NCBI GenBank assembly: GCA_965223705.1
Contig: OZ245015.1
Location: 640,001-704,000 of the forward strand
Reading direction: 5' to 3'
From: Myxococcota bacterium
GTDB lineage: Bacteria > Myxococcota_A > UBA9160 > UBA6930
Length of the DNA: 64,000 nucleotides
Shown: in pieces, positions 63,085 through 64,000 of the stretch
Layout: every line of letters starts with the position of its first letter
Position numbering within the stretch: position 1 is the stretch's first letter
Notes under the pieces: model-generated
The model's database searches: none
Seen by the model: only the letters and a program-made list of their open reading frames with translations
What the model was told of the DNA's origin: nothing
Program-made: the position numbers and the translations under genes

Positions 63085-63797
63085 TAGAGCCACCCGGAAA
63101 CACCCGCGACGATCAGCCCCAGCCCGATCCACTGCGGTTCCGTCAGGCCGAGCGCCACTTTCGGGTTCACGCGCAGCATCTCGATAAAGAACCGCCCCAG
63201 GCCGTTGGCCGCCAGATACTCACCGAACAAGAACGGGCTCTTGTGTCTGCGTTTCCAAAGGATCGCAGCCACCGGGAGCAACCAAGCCACTTCGTAGAGC
63301 TGCGTCGGGTGCACCGGCACGTCGGTCGGTGGCGCACCTTGTGGAAAAGCGACACCCCACGGCAAGTCCGTCGGGTGTCCGTAATCGTCCCCGACGAGAA
63401 AGCACCCGATGCGTCCAAGGGATTGGCCGAGCGCCGCGCCGACGGCCACGCACGAGGTGTACATGCGAACGGAGATGCCGTGGATTCGGCAACCCAAGGC
63501 ACCGATCGCGATTCCGCCCAGCAGGCCTCCGTACCACGTGATTCCCTCTCGGGCGAAGAAGAGTGACGCGAACGGCTGGCCCGTCCGCAGCCCCACGTCG
63601 ATCGCGTAGTAGAGCTTCGAACCGAGGACGCCCCCGACCATCACGTACAGAAGCAGCGTCGTCGCGATCTCCGGGTCCTGGCCGAACTCCCGCAACCGAA
63701 TGGCGGAGATCCACGTAGCGACCAAGAAACCCGCGGCCATCATCACCCCGAAGGTGCTGATCTGGAAGCCAAACGGTTCGAAGAGAATCGGGTACAC
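63051..63797 (-). CDS. lgt: prolipoprotein diacylglyceryl transferase
   Basis: YPIL, GITWYGG, GRIGCF..GDDYG, HPTQLYE, RFFIE. Confidence 0.92.
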   Translation of the reverse strand: MYPILFEPFGFQISTFGVMMAAGFLVATWISAIRLREFGQDPEIATTLLLYVMVGGVLGSKLYYAIDVGLRTGQPFASLFFAREGITWYGGLLGGIAIGALGCRIHGISVRMYTSCVAVGAALGQSLGRIGCFLVGDDYGHPTDLPWGVAFPQGAPPTDVPVHPTQLYEVAWLLPVAAILWKRRHKSPFLFGEYLAANGLGRFFIEMLRVNPKVALGLTEPQWIGLGLIVAGVSGWLYYRSRERSESA

Positions 63798-64000
63798 GAT
63801 ATTCCCCCGCAGAAATGCAGGGATTAGCAGCAGCAGAGGACCCGCGCATTCGCGCCATCCCGCAGACGCCGAGCGGCAGAAATACGCCTCGGCGACGTAG
63901 TTCCGCGGCAAAAAAAACGCGCGTGAAGCGCCCGAGGGGATCTGGTTCGGAGTTGTCGGGGGTATTCCGATACACCGTAGGTCCCGCGGGAGATTGCGTC

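Noticed and set aside
63909..63935. Minus-strand T8 tract as an intrinsic terminator upstream of lgt
   Set aside because: The preceding stem is only about 4 bp and the upstream context is cut by the window edge

Overview
GC-rich bacterial chromosomal window, probably from a Myxococcota/deltaproteobacteria-like lineage. That placement is inferred from gene content such as the REC-DUF4388-like-DnaJ-TPR regulator, long HflX and MutS2. About 60 tightly packed genes are present, mostly housekeeping: folC, mutS2, murQ, fabH, hflX, glmU-glmS, uvrD/pcrA, ddl, gatCAB, mtnA, ilvE, hpt, nrdJ, a full Pho locus (phoBR-porin-pstSCAB-phoU), ETF-QO and lgt. I see no rRNA, tRNA, CRISPR array, transposase, integrase or recognisable defence island. 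The most interesting signals are non-coding or translational. (1) A near-consensus sigma-54 promoter with upstream enhancer-like repeats has no protein gene downstream but precedes an ~84-nt structured, U-tailed RNA with an exposed anti-Shine-Dalgarno bulge, antisense to the folC 3' end. (2) TANNNT hexamers recur 6-8 nt before the start codons of many operon-leading genes, suggesting leaderless mRNAs. (3) Two genes appear to use non-canonical starts (hflX ATA, UDG CTG). (4) A 35-nt duplication creates a 12-codon relay ORF between an ECF sigma and its anti-sigma. (5) A ~450-nt structured leader lies behind tandem NrdR boxes upstream of nrdJ. (6) There is an orphan Nmad3-like protein and a small Cys-rich unknown protein. 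All family calls come from motif recognition by eye, not database searches.
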